Shown here piece after piece: positions 27,451 to 41,624 of a DNA stretch of 64,000 nt (its first letter is position 1; every line of letters begins with the position of its first letter). The notes beneath the pieces are model-generated. The model worked only from the letters and a program-made list of their open reading frames with translations, had not been told where the DNA came from and made no database searches. This DNA is from Ruditapes philippinarum. Taxonomy: Eukaryota. The stretch is from the NCBI RefSeq assembly GCF_026571515.1, contig NW_026866679.1, forward strand, positions 1 through 64,000, in the 5' to 3' direction. A program made the translations under genes and the position numbers.

Positions 27451-29288
27451 TTTTATTTTTATTTTCTATTGGCAAAACAGGGTATGAAATGCGACAGACA
27501 GCTCTGACTCGTGTTTCATTACAGTTTATAGAAACATTTCATCACAGCCGTAGTTCATTTTCATTGTATGCAGTGATTCATAGACAGACGACTGTTCTTT
27601 TTATGCAGAATTTTGTACATGTAGATGCAAATACTGGGTAGATAAAATATATTACATTTCGTGCTTGACAAAGATCAGCTATATAAAAATGTCTTGTCAT
27701 TTACTTATATGTTAAATTTATTATAGTGCAAAATAATGTGTATGTATATTCATAAAAAAATCACAAAATTAGAATGCATTAATCGCTGTTAAGACTTTAA
27801 GTACTTTCGCTATTCTTTCAGTATCTGTTTTGACATTGTTTCTTAACATGATATATGTTTTTTCCAGACTAACAAATTCATGAGTCAATATAAAATATTT
27901 AGTTTTAAAGAATAATTTAGTAGTAAGACTTTCATTATACTATAACATTTCTCTTGAAATGGTAAAACAACCCTATATATCTCTTTTTTTAACACAGTAA
28001 AAAGAAAACAATGTATAGAATTCGATTGCCTTACAAATCTGTAAATAAATGCTGCAAATGCTTAGCTTTATATAAGAGTGAGATGTTTTTATCTTCCGTC
28101 AAGAATAGTTTCCAGTAATGTTGATATAATAACTGTTTCAGAAAAAATAACGTTAATTATAGTTCGGTTAATTCAAAATTGCTTTAACTAGATACTTAAA
28201 TGTCATAGTAATTTTACTAACAATTCCCCTGAAACTTAAAACTGTACAGAAATGACTTCAACTTAGTTAAAGCATACGAGCCTGAAAAGGTCAATGTTCA
28301 TAGCGAATGCTGGTTGTTTAAGATTAGAATGCTTTTTATTGATAAAAATTGGTTTATAGATATTAATAATGGCATTTGTTGTTACGTGTGTGTATATGCA
28401 TTTCCATTTGACGCAAAAGACCAGCCAACATATAATAAAATATTAAGATATAGTTTCTTTTTCATCTACTTATTGATCGGCTGGCCCTAAATCAGTTGAC
28501 ATTTATCGCATATTTCACTCAAAGTATGTTCATATGTTTGAATCATTTTATTTTGCTCAACATAGATGACCATACTATTACAATTATCTTTAAGAAATGA
28601 CTATTCGTTTTTTAAATATCATAGTTCAACTGCTTATAAAAAAGACGATCTGTTATCAATATCTGTTTACTAAAAAAGCAATGTTCTTATGTTTCTGAAA
28701 CAATAACTGAAAAGAAAGTACAATAAATCGATGTTTATAGACAAATGTTTCGGGCGCTTCTGGAACAATTATTTTTGCTTGTTCTAAAGATGAAAAAAGG
28801 ACATTATAGATAATATGTTTTCAATAAGCTAAAGAAATTATATATTCTAGATGCAACATAATACTTGTTAAATGTAACTATAAGGTACTCATGAAAGAGG
28901 GAAATGCATATGGTTATATTTTTGTTGTTGTTTGTAGACTTGTTTTTTCTGTCATTTTCACTAAGATATTTACACACAATTTCAACACTTATGGGTATCA
29001 ATTTCAGACTTTTATATAAAATGAGAATATGTTACAGCATTTATGCAGTCATTATTACGAGATTATTGTATTTGGAAGTTTAAGTCGTCTGTATTGAGTT
29101 CAAATGGATATTTGTTTACACAGCTGTATTTATAACATAAAAAATAAAATTACGCTTGTAAAAAGAAACAATGCCTTTTTTCAATTTATCTTGTATACCT
29201 TTACAAATCTTTATGATGTTATATTTAAATTAAAAAATGTAAGAACTCAGATATCGAATCAACAAAAAATGTTTAGTATGTTACTCAC

Positions 29289-29388
29289 CAATTGGTATGG
29301 TCACCCCTTCATTAGATGACTGTATTAATCCAGGATATGTGGAAAGACAACACACTACTAAATATAGCATTAAACCATTCCAAGACAT
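29289..29388 (-). CDS. Alternative first coding exon C: MSWNGLMLYLVVCCLSTYPGLIQSSNEGVTIPI-G
   Basis: acaATG start, 33 codons + 1 nt, phase-1 donor G/gtgagt. Synonymous differences from exon B (CAA/CAG, GGA/GGG, ACT/ACC, TTG/CTA) and no indels. Confidence 0.85.
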
Positions 29389-29726
29389 TGTAATATAGAA
29401 TAGCTTCATATAAAAAATTGCAATAAGCTAAACACAGGCTAAGAAGTTGGGTTTTTTGTTAAATGTTTTATGTTAAACTATTTAATAATATTTTTTACTC
29501 TTTATACATGGGCGTTACATCACATGCGTTTGTAATTTCAAATATCTTTAAGAAGCAAACAAATCTAAAACACAGGAATACTGTCAATGTAATGAACACG
29601 AATTATCCCGTTTGAGATGTCACAAATAACTATCCATCATTTGAGAGAATAAAGAAGCATATTTTTATCCTACATAAATGTCACAGCTATAACGATTAGA
29701 AAAAAGTCAGAAATACTGGGAAGGCA

Positions 29727-29812
29727 TTACCATAATAGACAGAATGTTAAGTAACTAAAATCCAATATTTGGACAGAGAATGCCCAAATTACATCTGACG
29801 CTGATTTCTGTG
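29727..29812 (-). promoter_or_regulatory. Conserved upstream module of exon C
   Basis: tccaatatt at 29761 and tgacg at 29796; 373 bp upstream of the ATG. Confidence 0.65.
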
Positions 29813-32800
29813 AGGAATATTTTTTTTCTATTGGCAAAACAAGATATAAAATACTCTCGTGTTTCATTACAGTTTATAAAAGATGTTTCATCCCAGCCTA
29901 ATTTTTTCATTGTATGCAGTGATTAACAGACAAACAAATGAGTTTTTTTATGCAGTGATTTAAAGTTGAAAATACTGGATAGATAAAATATGATAATCAT
30001 GTCAGAGTGCATTGCTTTACGAATACTTACTCTATCAGATTTGTCTTTCGTTCGTATCATTTCATGTTATTATCATTGCATTGCAACACTTTATGTTTAT
30101 TTATTTTGCAAGTTAGAACGCAAGCTTTATATTATTTATGACTTTCAATTCAATTTAAATCGTTCTTTTATGAATTGGTAAATCAGCTACATTGTATGTG
30201 TGCCTTGTTAAAACCCCCCAAAAAAATAAATAATTACATATGAATTTCTATGAACCTAATGAATAATTGACGCGAACGACCTACAGATATGCTGTAAATA
30301 TTTAGATTAAATTTCTATTTTCAGAGTTTGTTTAGGGAAATACAGCTTTTATATAACCATGTTTACATGTTTACTCGTTGATCGGAGTGTCTTGACATTA
30401 TATCTCGCATTTTTAACTTAAAGTTTAATTGACTCTAAAGATTATTTTATTTATAAAATATTGATAAGAATACCTTATAACAAACATGTTTTTCACAATG
30501 CCGGTCTGTTAAAAATATTTGTTTATTGTACACAGTCACATACTTGCAATATTTCTGAAATGATCAATGCTTTTATTTATACTTATCAGTGAGGGACTTG
30601 GTTTTATCTGTATGATAATATCCATATCACCTACAGTATATTATCCACAGCGTGTGTGATATGGCTCTGCCGAACTATAATGAAAACGTTTTATGTTTTA
30701 TGATTCCATAAATTTTATTGTAAAATTTTGTTCCAGATGACATATTTCTCGATTGAATTACCATTAATTCTCAAAATGTGGTAATAGTTACCATGCAATA
30801 ATGAACCGCCTTGAATTATTTTTCTTAGCGTAGCGTTCGCGTAGCCGTTAAACGTCTGGCGTCATCTTCTTTGTAAACGTGTGTTTACCTGCGTTCCCAT
30901 GAAATGAGTCGAAAACTGCTCTTATTATACTTAAAAGGCAAAAAAATAAAAACCAATTTGTTTTTCGTGAATATACTATATATCATACATCGAAATGACA
31001 AAATGTCCACATTTTGCGCTAATTTTCTCACTTGTCAATGTGATATAAACCCTTAAAAAACCGATTTTATATTCCGGGAGCCTCTGAAATTATATTTTTG
31101 CTTGTTTAAAAATTCATCAGACATAAACTTTTATGAGTTTAAAAAATATCTTAAATAAAATATGAAATTAGTGTTATTTAACCTTAGTGTTATTTAACCA
31201 TGGTTGAGTTAATAAATTAAAGAAGTTTTATACTTAGGAGAAATTATTTCTCAAACTGATGCGTCAAAATGTGTAATGTTTTTCTCATTGCAAACTTACT
31301 TTAAGATGTTTAAACACGGTTTTAAAGCTTTAATAAATGTATCAAATTCTTAATAGTTTCTCTACATTTCCTAAGCTCATTGTACAAACCTATCTGTAAA
31401 TGAATTAACTTAGAAATGCCTGCACAGTCAGTCTAAGTGGTATAAGAAAGTGAGAAAATGATATTGTAGATACTTTTTTTCGTGACTAAACTTATAACGC
31501 CGCTGAAAACCAATTTGTTAAGGCAAGACCGAACGGCAGAAAATCCGGTTAATCGATTAAGTTCCCATGAATAATATCTTGTTCGCCTAAAAAGTGCAGA
31601 GTTGAGGATATATAACATCGGCCACATTCTTTGAAAGGCAATGAATATTAATACCATAATATGTTTGTGTTCATTGTGTTAGTCTGAGAGCTTCTAAATG
31701 CGCAACAACAAAAAACATGTTAAAAGTATTTTTCATTCTTTATATAAGCCCAATGGAAATAAAACATAAATTCAAAAAAGAAAATAACTTCTTCAAAACT
31801 CTATACATGACATATAATAGACAAGATGACATAGGCAGTCATCTTAAAGTTCGTGGTGGATTGTCGCTTGATCAATTTCAAAATATTTTGAAGTCGAAAT
31901 ATTCCCGTGGCGTGAGTAATATTCTTCCTTAAACATATAAAGTTGTCATAAAATGGTAACTATATGAAAATTATATTTATATAAATAAAGTAAAACAGTC
32001 TTAAAGTAAAATGTAACAAAATCTAAATCATTCTAAAACGTCAAGTCGTCTTTAGAGTGGGGACACGTTTTCAGAACAATTCTAGAAAATGTTCCAATGA
32101 TTTCCTTACAAGTCATCGTATCTTTACGGCGTTAAGGAGCAAATACAATGCGAGTCAATACGTCTCCTTTAATTGTATTGATGCAGCGAGATTTCATATA
32201 ACAATAGACATGCTCTTAATTAAGGAGGTCATAGAAAAGCTCTTAACACCAGAAACTAATATAAAATATGAGAAAAATCTACTAAAAATGTACATATAAA
32301 TCAGTAACCAGAAAGAAAGCGAAAGCTACAATATAAGCTATATATTAGCAATATGTGTTATATCAAAATGACGTCTAACCAGTTATTTAAGTTTTCCCTT
32401 TTTTTTGTAGTTTTCAATTACGTTATTCTTTTCATATTTAGTGTGGTATATATAAGTATATTTAATCTCGAATATGTGCGATGCTTCTCTCAACAAGTCT
32501 CAATAGCTACAAGATGTATTTATTATCCTACATGCCAACAGAATATCCGAGTAGATCTAGATTATCAATCTTTTTAAACCATCAAAACAAACAGTGATAG
32601 CATAGTAAGTAGATTCTACATGTACTTTAAAAGTGTTTGAAAACATCGATATTTTCTATAGGTTACTGGTGTTATGCAAATGATTTCGGTGAATCTCAAT
32701 AAACAGTGCAGTTTTTTATAAACGAAATAAACGAAATGTTTCGTTGCAGTAGCTTAAATAATTTGAACGTGCTAAAATTGTTTGGGTGACAGGCCGTATG

Positions 32801-35589
32801 GACTTCGTCCTCGCGAGAGGTTTGACAGAATTCTTTTTTTTAAACAGATTGAAATAAGGCGGAATTCTCCAGGAAGAATAATCTAGATTAAACTATTTAA
32901 ACTGAAGTCACATGAGATGGTTGTAACAAGATTGTTGTTATATTCTTGAATCAAGGTGATAGTTAAGTAAACGAATATGTATAACTTCAAATTTCAAGTA
33001 GTACCAAAGGACGTTACAATATCTTATTATTTCTGAAAGCCAGAGCATAACGTTTAATTTAACCTGAATTATTAATGGTCTGTTCTCTTAACTAAGACCC
33101 AAAAGGTAAAATTGAAGACATTTATAAAAAGAGGTAGAGAACAAGAAGGCATATTTGTAACTGACTGCGGTATATTTACTTTGTAAAAACATTCTATTAC
33201 AAACACGACTTTAAAACGAGATAATAAAGTTGACACAATAAAATAAACACGTACAGTAGAGAAACCAAACTTTCAAACAGAAGTGGCCTCATTATTGGAT
33301 AATAATAGAAAATCACAGTTATAAATAAGCGTGGAAAGAATATCTAGACAAAAATAGACTTCAAGGCACGGTTTTTAATGTTATCTTGATTTATCTAGAC
33401 AGTATATCTGAAATAGTTGGTTTCAAACATTATTATCTTGTCCCAATATTGCCTTTTAAACACACAAGAACAATAAAAAATGCAAAAAATGATTCATGTT
33501 TCTATAAAATGGAAAGCCTAGGCCTCTATGAATTATTGTTAACAAAACCAGTCTCATGAAAACAAATAATATGTAGAATATTTTGTATGATAGACAAACT
33601 ACGACTTCAGACAGTTTAAAGTGATATTTCCTTCATTTGGATATGAGTACATGTATATCTGAAATTCAAAAGAAGATTCACCAGAATGGTCAAGCAGATG
33701 TGGTCAGATTGCGATAATCTTGGAACATTCAAAAATGTCACGTTTTGTGTCATTCAATAAGAAGGTAAATTTAGTCCGAAAGTTCAAATGTGCGTGTGCC
33801 CTGTGTATGGATCTTATTGAATATTTGTATGCTTATGATATATCTATCTGTTTGAAAACAAATACAAAAATAATATTCTTGTTTAAATGCGAATCTACAT
33901 AGTGCGTTCACTTCTATATATTTTGAATATGATCTATTTCCGAAGTATTTAATAACTATTTATATGAGCATTAATCTATGAAGGTTTTGTCAAAATAAGG
34001 TAAATGATTTGTATTCAAGAAATACAATATTCGTTCACTAGTAAGATTATCTCCATGCAAGTCAAAACTAAACATTATATATATAACGTGATTTTGTAAT
34101 TGCATTGTACTTTTAGAATTTCTTTTGAAAAATGTTATTTGTTATATATATTATGTAAAACAATTAAATCTTTCTTGTACAACAATATTGATTTTAACGG
34201 AAAACCTTCTGTCTAACGTGTCTCTCAATTCAGTTAATTGAGTGCATTTTTTAAATAATCATATACACGTAAATGTACATTGTATTATGTTCTTTCACAA
34301 GAGATTTCTTGCCAAAATATTCCAAGATTTATACTTAATAGATAGATTCTGTCAAAGAGATAATGCGTTCAGACAAATGCTTTTATGTCCTTCGTAAAAG
34401 CCTTTACGTGTTACAGTTATAGGACATGAAACACAAGTTAAGTAGTATAACATATTCAGCCAAGTTGGATGTGATACAAATTTTAACTTCTATAAATAAG
34501 TTATATTGATTATTCTCAAAATGGCATGCATCCTAATTTAGCTAACTTCGCGAGCTTCATATATTTTACAATTTACTTATATTCAGTCTACAATACTTTT
34601 TTTCTATTGTACTTATGGAGGCTTGATTTAAATTGATAGCTTACTTTAAACAAACTGTTACTTATATATTATCATATTCAAATATGATCACTGTAAAACT
34701 CTTCAGAAATTGAATTCAAGCATGGTTTCTTTCCGTTTTATAATTTCTATTAGATTTTCATTACATGATTTTGTTATAGCTTTGACCGAAAATAAGTGTG
34801 AACAATATATTTTTTGACTGCATTGATGTTTTCGATACACATGCAAATAAAATACTCGGGAGTCCTTTCGAATGGTTTATTTACGTCTGCATAAAACTGG
34901 TAAAAACTGGGAAGGACAATATAGGAGCAATTTTATATGATAACTAAAGTTCTGCTTTTCCAGACATATTGTATAAAACTTAGCTCTAAGAGGATCTAGA
35001 CTGCTATGCAATCACCAAATTATAATTGCAGTTCCGGTTTCTCAAATGTGAAATTAACAATGGACATTATAAATTGATTTAAATGTTACTAAAATATGTC
35101 CTTTTAATCTGACTACTTAATATTTTACTTACTCAGTTTGATTAAATTTTTACAAATATTATCATGTCTTCAACAAATGATCAATTATTTCATGTATACA
35201 TGTATACATTTGTATTTGTAAATATCTAAAATAGAAATAAAAAAGAAAGTCATCTATAAAAGCGTACATACCATCCAATATTTATACCTCATCTTATCTG
35301 TTTTAGTACCTTTTTTTGAAATTGAAACCTATAGATGACGTTGTTATTACAATGGTTTCACTTACTTGCTTATGCAAAGCTTAAAACGGCTACATTTTAC
35401 TTAAAAGTATCGGATTGCAATGACTATATTACATATAAGAAGGGTTAAGTAAATATGGCAATTCACAGCCGAATATATGTATATGCTGTTGAATTCAAAA
35501 GAAAACATTTAAAAAAGTAATTAATTTGGTTTCGAAGATTTATGATTAAAATAACTAAAGGATATGCTCTGGACAACAATTACAAACTA

Positions 35590-36590
35590 GAGAAATTATT
35601 CAAAACAGCTCTCTAGCTATACAGTTACGATTCTTGGCCACAGTTCTTTTTCCAGTTATAATTTATTTCCAAGTCCGTCTCTTTTACAGCGTTTGAGGTA
35701 TGTTTTGAACTAAAATATTTTTAAATTAAAGTTAAAGGAGGTAATTTAAAAACAGAAACGGATACATCATCGCTTTCGGCCTCTGCATTACTCCTTGTTA
35801 ATAATAATGTAACTTTAATTTCTATCCCTTTATCAATTCTAAAGTTGTGTATAAAGACAAAAGAACATTATTCAAATTCTTTTTACAATGGAAATTTATT
35901 AAAAAAAGAACATTAGATATGACCTTCCTTATTTATCAACGAATGCGTTCTTGTTGCTGTCTATTTATGTTTTTGATACAGGTCAATCCCATATGTAATA
36001 TTGCAGTTATGTTCTAGGCAATAAAAGGAAAGAAAGAAAATAAGGTGATTAGATATAAGAAGTGAATTTAAAAAGTAAACAGACAAAGGTATTGTTCTTG
36101 GTAAACGCACTTTACTAAATATTTCAAGTTTCAACTTGTATACTTCTCGATTTTACTGAAGGAGATATTTCAAAACTAGGCTGTATATAATAACGATTCA
36201 TGGCGATAGCTTTCTCTGAGTTGCCTCCTATTCAAGTTTTAAGTCAATACCCGGGGTAGTTTGTACGTAATTCTCCAGACATAAAATAGTTTCAGCGCAT
36301 TCTTAGGAGCTAACAGCTTTCATACTGAAAGTTTAAAGTCAAAACAATGACAGTATTCAACTTATGCCATGTGCAAAAATGTGGGATGTTCGTTCAATGG
36401 GTGCTATTAAGCCACATAAAACCACATAAACCACATAAAACTCCCACAGCCATATGCAAACTAAAATGTAAGCACGGAAGGACGACAAAAAGATCGTTGG
36501 AAGGAAAATTGGATGGACGAAATGATTAAAGGACGGATCGACGGATGTAAATAGATTTTCATCTTTTCCCCAGCCTCCTTTTTGGTGCTA
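35590..36590. mobile_element. Possible highly degenerate Helentron-type non-autonomous element
   Basis: GGAC/GACG-rich tract at 36476-36548 and weak resemblance to the internal repeats of such elements; boundaries uncertain. Confidence 0.3.
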
Positions 36591-38264
36591 AGTAAAACTA
36601 TTTTCCAAGACGATCATCTTAAGCTTAGTTTTTATAAACGTTTTAAACACAATTTTCCTCTCGCGAAAATGAAGAGTAACTCCAAACGTTAGCTTCGAAA
36701 TTTCTGTTTCGGGAAACAATTCCATCACCCTTCAAAATTTCGTTCTAAATGTAGTCTCTGTTGGCAGCAAACTAGACATAAATAACCAAATATACGTGAA
36801 AATAACTGAAGATAACCTATTTACAATAGAGAACATTTTTTTGCAAAATCAATATTTCCGCTGTAAAGTGTTCAAGTCTGATTAAATGGAGATAGTATTG
36901 ATAATTGGAAATTAGAATTCATATTTTGTCACTCTGGCAACAGTAAGAATGTGTAAATTTGCAAATGTTGATTTATTTGACAGTATAAGTTAGCATAATA
37001 ATATATTTGCAAACTCGTACATCAGTATTCAAAATTGCAGCATAACTCAAATTGTTGTAAAATGATTGTTATCCGATATGAATATTGCAAATCTTACAGA
37101 AACATTTTACTTGTACTAAAATATGAAAATAACAGTCATGAATTAAATCGATTTTCCAATAGGGCCAGTATTTTTACCACAGCATATAAACAAAAATCTT
37201 ATTCCTGTTAAGAACACACGAAAATATCTAAGCTCCCAATATATGGACAGTTACTAAAGTATCGCAAGATAGGGTACACATTAAAATTTATAGACTGCCA
37301 TGACTGGTACAGTGAATCTACTGTCAGTGTAACATCTTTTTCAGAGATACAAATTGTAAACATTGATTATTGTATTTCCTTGTCAAACAGTCACACCAAA
37401 CACGTTATATGTCGGTTATTAAACTGGTAGAAACAACAACAAAAATATTATGGAGTCCATGGCACTAATCAAAAAATCCCTTAACAACGTGAGAATCAAA
37501 TTGTTTAAATACAAAGAGTTTAAGCAAGAAATAAATTAAACACTACATATTTTACAACTTAACAATGTGTCCAACCATATCAAATAAATTTAGCCTTTAC
37601 AATAAATTGAAAAACTTGAAGATTTCATCTGTTTATTATATTATTATTTTATTTACTATTGTTATTGCTTCAAACATAATTAATGGGGTATTGTTTAAAG
37701 TCAATGTAAAACATTTTACCGGCGAGCATTCTGCTATTGTATTTCAATATAATTATCGGGTTGTTGTCCTAAGTCAGTGTTAAACATTTTACAAGTAAAC
37801 ATGCAAGCATTGACTCATGATATTAGAAGAATCTAAAAATGTCATTTTTGTTCTATACTTCAACTGATGCTTGACAATAGGTTTTAGATAAAAAGACGTA
37901 TTGATGAATCACGCATTGTTTGAATGCCTATTTCTCTATTACATTAGACGTAATTACATACAATATATTCCTGTCTTATTTTGACACAAAGTTTCTTGTT
38001 CTAATAATAACACCAGCTTCTTATCTAATGTTTGCTTTATCAGAATCACAGAAATTGTCTGATTTTAAGAAAAGATTGGATAATATTTGTGGCTCACGTA
38101 TTGTTAATTATTTATAAAATAATAAATGGTATTTTGTTAGTTTGAAAGTCTCATAAAAGAGATAGATTAAATCTCATGTTAAAGGATTATGTTAGTATGA
38201 TTGTGGTGAACGTTAACCGACGGTGTTTTATTTTATCGTAACCAATGTCAAATTTACAATTTAG

Positions 38265-39206
38265 TATATAAATAACACATGGGTTTGTGGGTAACAGTAA
38301 AAATATCATCCCGAGGAAAATACTGTTACCCGAGGCGTAGCCGAGGGTAACAGTATTTATACGAGGGATGATATTTTTACTGTTACCCACAAACCCATGT
38401 GTTATTTATTTTATTACCCCGAACAAGTACTGTGATGATCTGAATTTGTCAACTAAATCTAACTGTAACAAAAATAAGCCAAGAGAAGCAATAACTAAAC
38501 TGTCCTTACCTTGCAAGTTAACGTGCACTGTAGGCCTACTTGAGAAGCTGTTTTTCTTTTATTCTTTAGGCAAGTGATGATATCTACCAGTCATAAACAT
38601 AAAATAAGCTGTGTTTTATTCAGACAACAAAACACTAACCCATTTATAAGGTTATGATCTGTGAAATCTGATCCTTCTGCATCCAGAATATTCTTCGCAT
38701 GGTTTTTGACAAAGTGCATTTAGAAAATAACGATGATATCCTACAGATGTCTGTCCACCAACTCTATCTGTAACGTTTCACTGGTTAAAATTGTTAAATT
38801 ATCCTTTGTTGCATGCTTTAATTGTCTGCATGTTCCAGTTTGACACAAAATTATTTACATTTCAATTACTTCCGTTGAAAACGGATGTTTCCTTTTGACT
38901 ATTCAACAATAAGATATTTAATACGCGAAAGGGACTCTAGGAACTAAATTTTATCAGAGTAATAGTTACTTCGGCGATGCCCTATCGTCGAAAATAAGAA
39001 TGAATCGAGAAAAAAAAATGGCGGCCATTTTATTTCATTTTATTTAGAAAATAGACCACGTGACCAGATTTTATACTGTTAAAAATACTGTTACCTATGT
39101 AACAGTACAAAATTCGTAGTCACGTGGTACACTTGCATTAACAGTAAGAATAACTCCCAGAGGCCTATGGGAAATTAACATTAGGAAAAAAGTGAGGGGT
39201 AATTAT
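38265..39206 (+). mobile_element. Non-autonomous hairpin element, Crypton-like (second family)
   Basis: Perfect 45-bp inverted arms 38268-38312 / 38365-38409 around cccgaggcgtagccgaggg. ttattacccc (38411) is inverted to ggggtaat (39196). Second small hairpin at ~39070-39113. Confidence 0.75.
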
Positions 39207-40304
39207 ACACAATATCAGTAGGACTAGAATGAATATTTCTTTAAGTTATTATTTCTTTCTTTCTTCCTACTCCAGATAAATTGGAAGTCTTTAAAAACAT
39301 AACGGTAAAATGGAAGCCTTTAACAAAAACGGTTTAATCAAAAATGTTGCAGACTCAGTTTGATTGATCATGTATATAACGATTACTTTATATATAATAT
39401 ATATTTATAATAAAAACAAACTGAAATACCACCATGATAATAGAGTATACCAAATTGTCATGTTGTTTGAACTATTTAGAGTATTCATATTGAACAGTGA
39501 TTGAACTGTGAATTTTAATAATACAAGAGGTGTGAGGATTATTTTTCATTGGTGATGTTAAACAGTATCTTGTGATGTTTGCATGTTTAAAAGGATGACT
39601 GCACTTACAGTACAGCCATGTAGTGGTTTGAAATTGGTAATCACGTGGTATGTTATAGTTTGAAAACAACGGACAAACGGAGATAAAATATTTATTATTT
39701 TAAACTTTTGACAGTTATGTATTTTTGTTTAGAAAATGCCTTTTATGTAAATTAACTATCCTAATTGTGTAAATAACTTCTTCAATGAAACAGCAAAGAT
39801 AAAGAGCAGTTCAAATTTAAAAATTCATTGAACTTTTACAAAATGTTATGAAACAGTATACAAATTTGCATTTACTTTACCCCAGCAAGCCAAGATTTTT
39901 TTCATGTTGATATAGGTTTGCCACTTTCTTAACTTTACTGTTTTTGTTTGGATTAGTAGAGTGTTGAAGTCAAAGGTTACTGCTACCTGTTTCAAACTTG
40001 CTTTGATACTTTGATATAATTATACACAAGCTTACATACATGTATTATTAAAAGCTCTTGTATGTCTTTACCAGAGACATACAAGTTTTCCTTTTATATG
40101 AACAATTCAATTTCTAAAGATTTGATAATTTTGTTTATTCAAAATAAACGGAAACAATGTCACCTACACTTGATGTAATATTCTTAACTTTTCAATACAT
40201 AGTTTTGTACTCTGTAGTCTAATGAATGAAAGCTGTTACTAGTAATATTGTATTTAAAAATAATAATACATAATCAATAATACAATGTCCACACGTACAT
40301 ACTA

Positions 40305-41400
40305 ATCTTAAAATGAAAATATATTTCAAACTGTCCCAATGTTTGTCAAAAATATCTACTTTGTTAATATTTTTGTGTGTTTCTCTCTAGATTTGGTATT
40401 GATACTTAATATAATATTTAGCAACCTCTATAGGCGGTCTTCTAAAATTTGTTTTACAATAATATACAGTAAAAACCTTCAATTAAGACCACCATCGGGA
40501 CTGGTCCAAAGTGGTCTTAATTGCGGGATGGTCTTAATTGTGAATATGCTTATTGCTTACATACTTTATGACCATGGTCTATTTTAGTCATGCTATATGA
40601 ACAAACAATATGTATATTAACAATATAAAAGTGTTGTAAAATATAATCTGACGGAGGTTAATATATTTCTGAAGAAATTTAACATTAAATTCTCTTTGGT
40701 CTGATTTAAATATCAATTATTTAATGATACATATAATTCACCTGTCAAGAAATTAATTCTTCACAAAAATGTGCTGAAAGCAACATTAAACCACTCTAAA
40801 ATTTACTTTCTCACCTCTTTTCATACAAAAACTCAAATTACAACATTTTTTACACCTTGTGAAATCAAGTGTCAAGCTTAAGAGCATTCAAGCATATTAT
40901 AACAACAAATTTAAGATAATTGGTGTTGACTTAATATCAGTGGTCTTAAAAGAAGGGTGGTCTTAAAAGTGAATAAGCGGGGTGGTCTTAATTCTTGATC
41001 ATGTAACCATTGATATAAATGACAGAAAATTCCTTTATTTTAGAAAATGGTCTTAATAGCGGGGTGGTCTAAATTCTGGGCTGGTCTTAAGTAGGGATTC
41101 TACTGTATAAACTCCTTTACAAATAAAAGTAAAAGATTGGTTTCATAATCAGCATTTTGTATGCCTAAAAGAAATATTATTCTTGTCAAATGCAAATGAG
41201 TATTTTCAAAAAGACCATGAATCATATCGAAAACAGCTTCACAGTCCCAAAAAAAAAATGTGTTCCAAGCTTTCAGCAAATTTGTTGCAAAAACTGCAGT
41301 TTGGATTATTGTTGTATTGTATCTAATACAAAAGTTCGTTTGTGCCAAGTATTCTGTGCAATTGAAACCATTGTAAACTCGTGTGTTTAGGGGTGTGAAA
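40305..41400 (-). pseudogene. Decayed C-terminus of a Tx1/L1-type non-LTR retrotransposon ORF2 (zf-RVT region), split by a MITE
   Basis: Conceptual translation LQWFQLHRILGTNELLY*IQYNNNPNCSFCNKFAESLEHIFF/WDC...FLLG...NLLLLFVKEFI|YYCKTNFRRPP...IFDKHW carries the CxxC...H...C motif. It has stops and a frameshift. Confidence 0.85.
40467..41105. mobile_element. Tc1/mariner-pogo-type MITE
   Basis: TA-cagta...tactg-TA ends. TIRs cagtaaaaaccttcaattaagacca / tggtcttaagtagggattctactg. Repeated ggtcttaa motifs. Confidence 0.88.
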
Positions 41401-41624
41401 AATCTAGATTCTCGCAAGGTCAGGTAAGTTAAAAGAACATGCATAAAAAATTAAAATTCAACTTGTAAAAGCATGTAAAACTAGAACAGTAATGATTATA
41501 ACCTACAGACAAAAGAGTTTGTTTTAACGGGTAGGTGGCGATATATTCTTAAGCATTTGTTGTAAAACATTTAAAAAGTTCCCGTACCGTATATTTTTAT
41601 GTCTGTCACATAACAAAGTGTCTG

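Noticed and set aside
28804-29001. ORF beginning LIPIS, resembling the TIPI motif
   Set aside because: No consensus donor and no upstream leader in frame.
41190-41390. Cys-rich plus-strand ORF
   Set aside because: Antisense shadow of the decayed LINE zinc-finger region.
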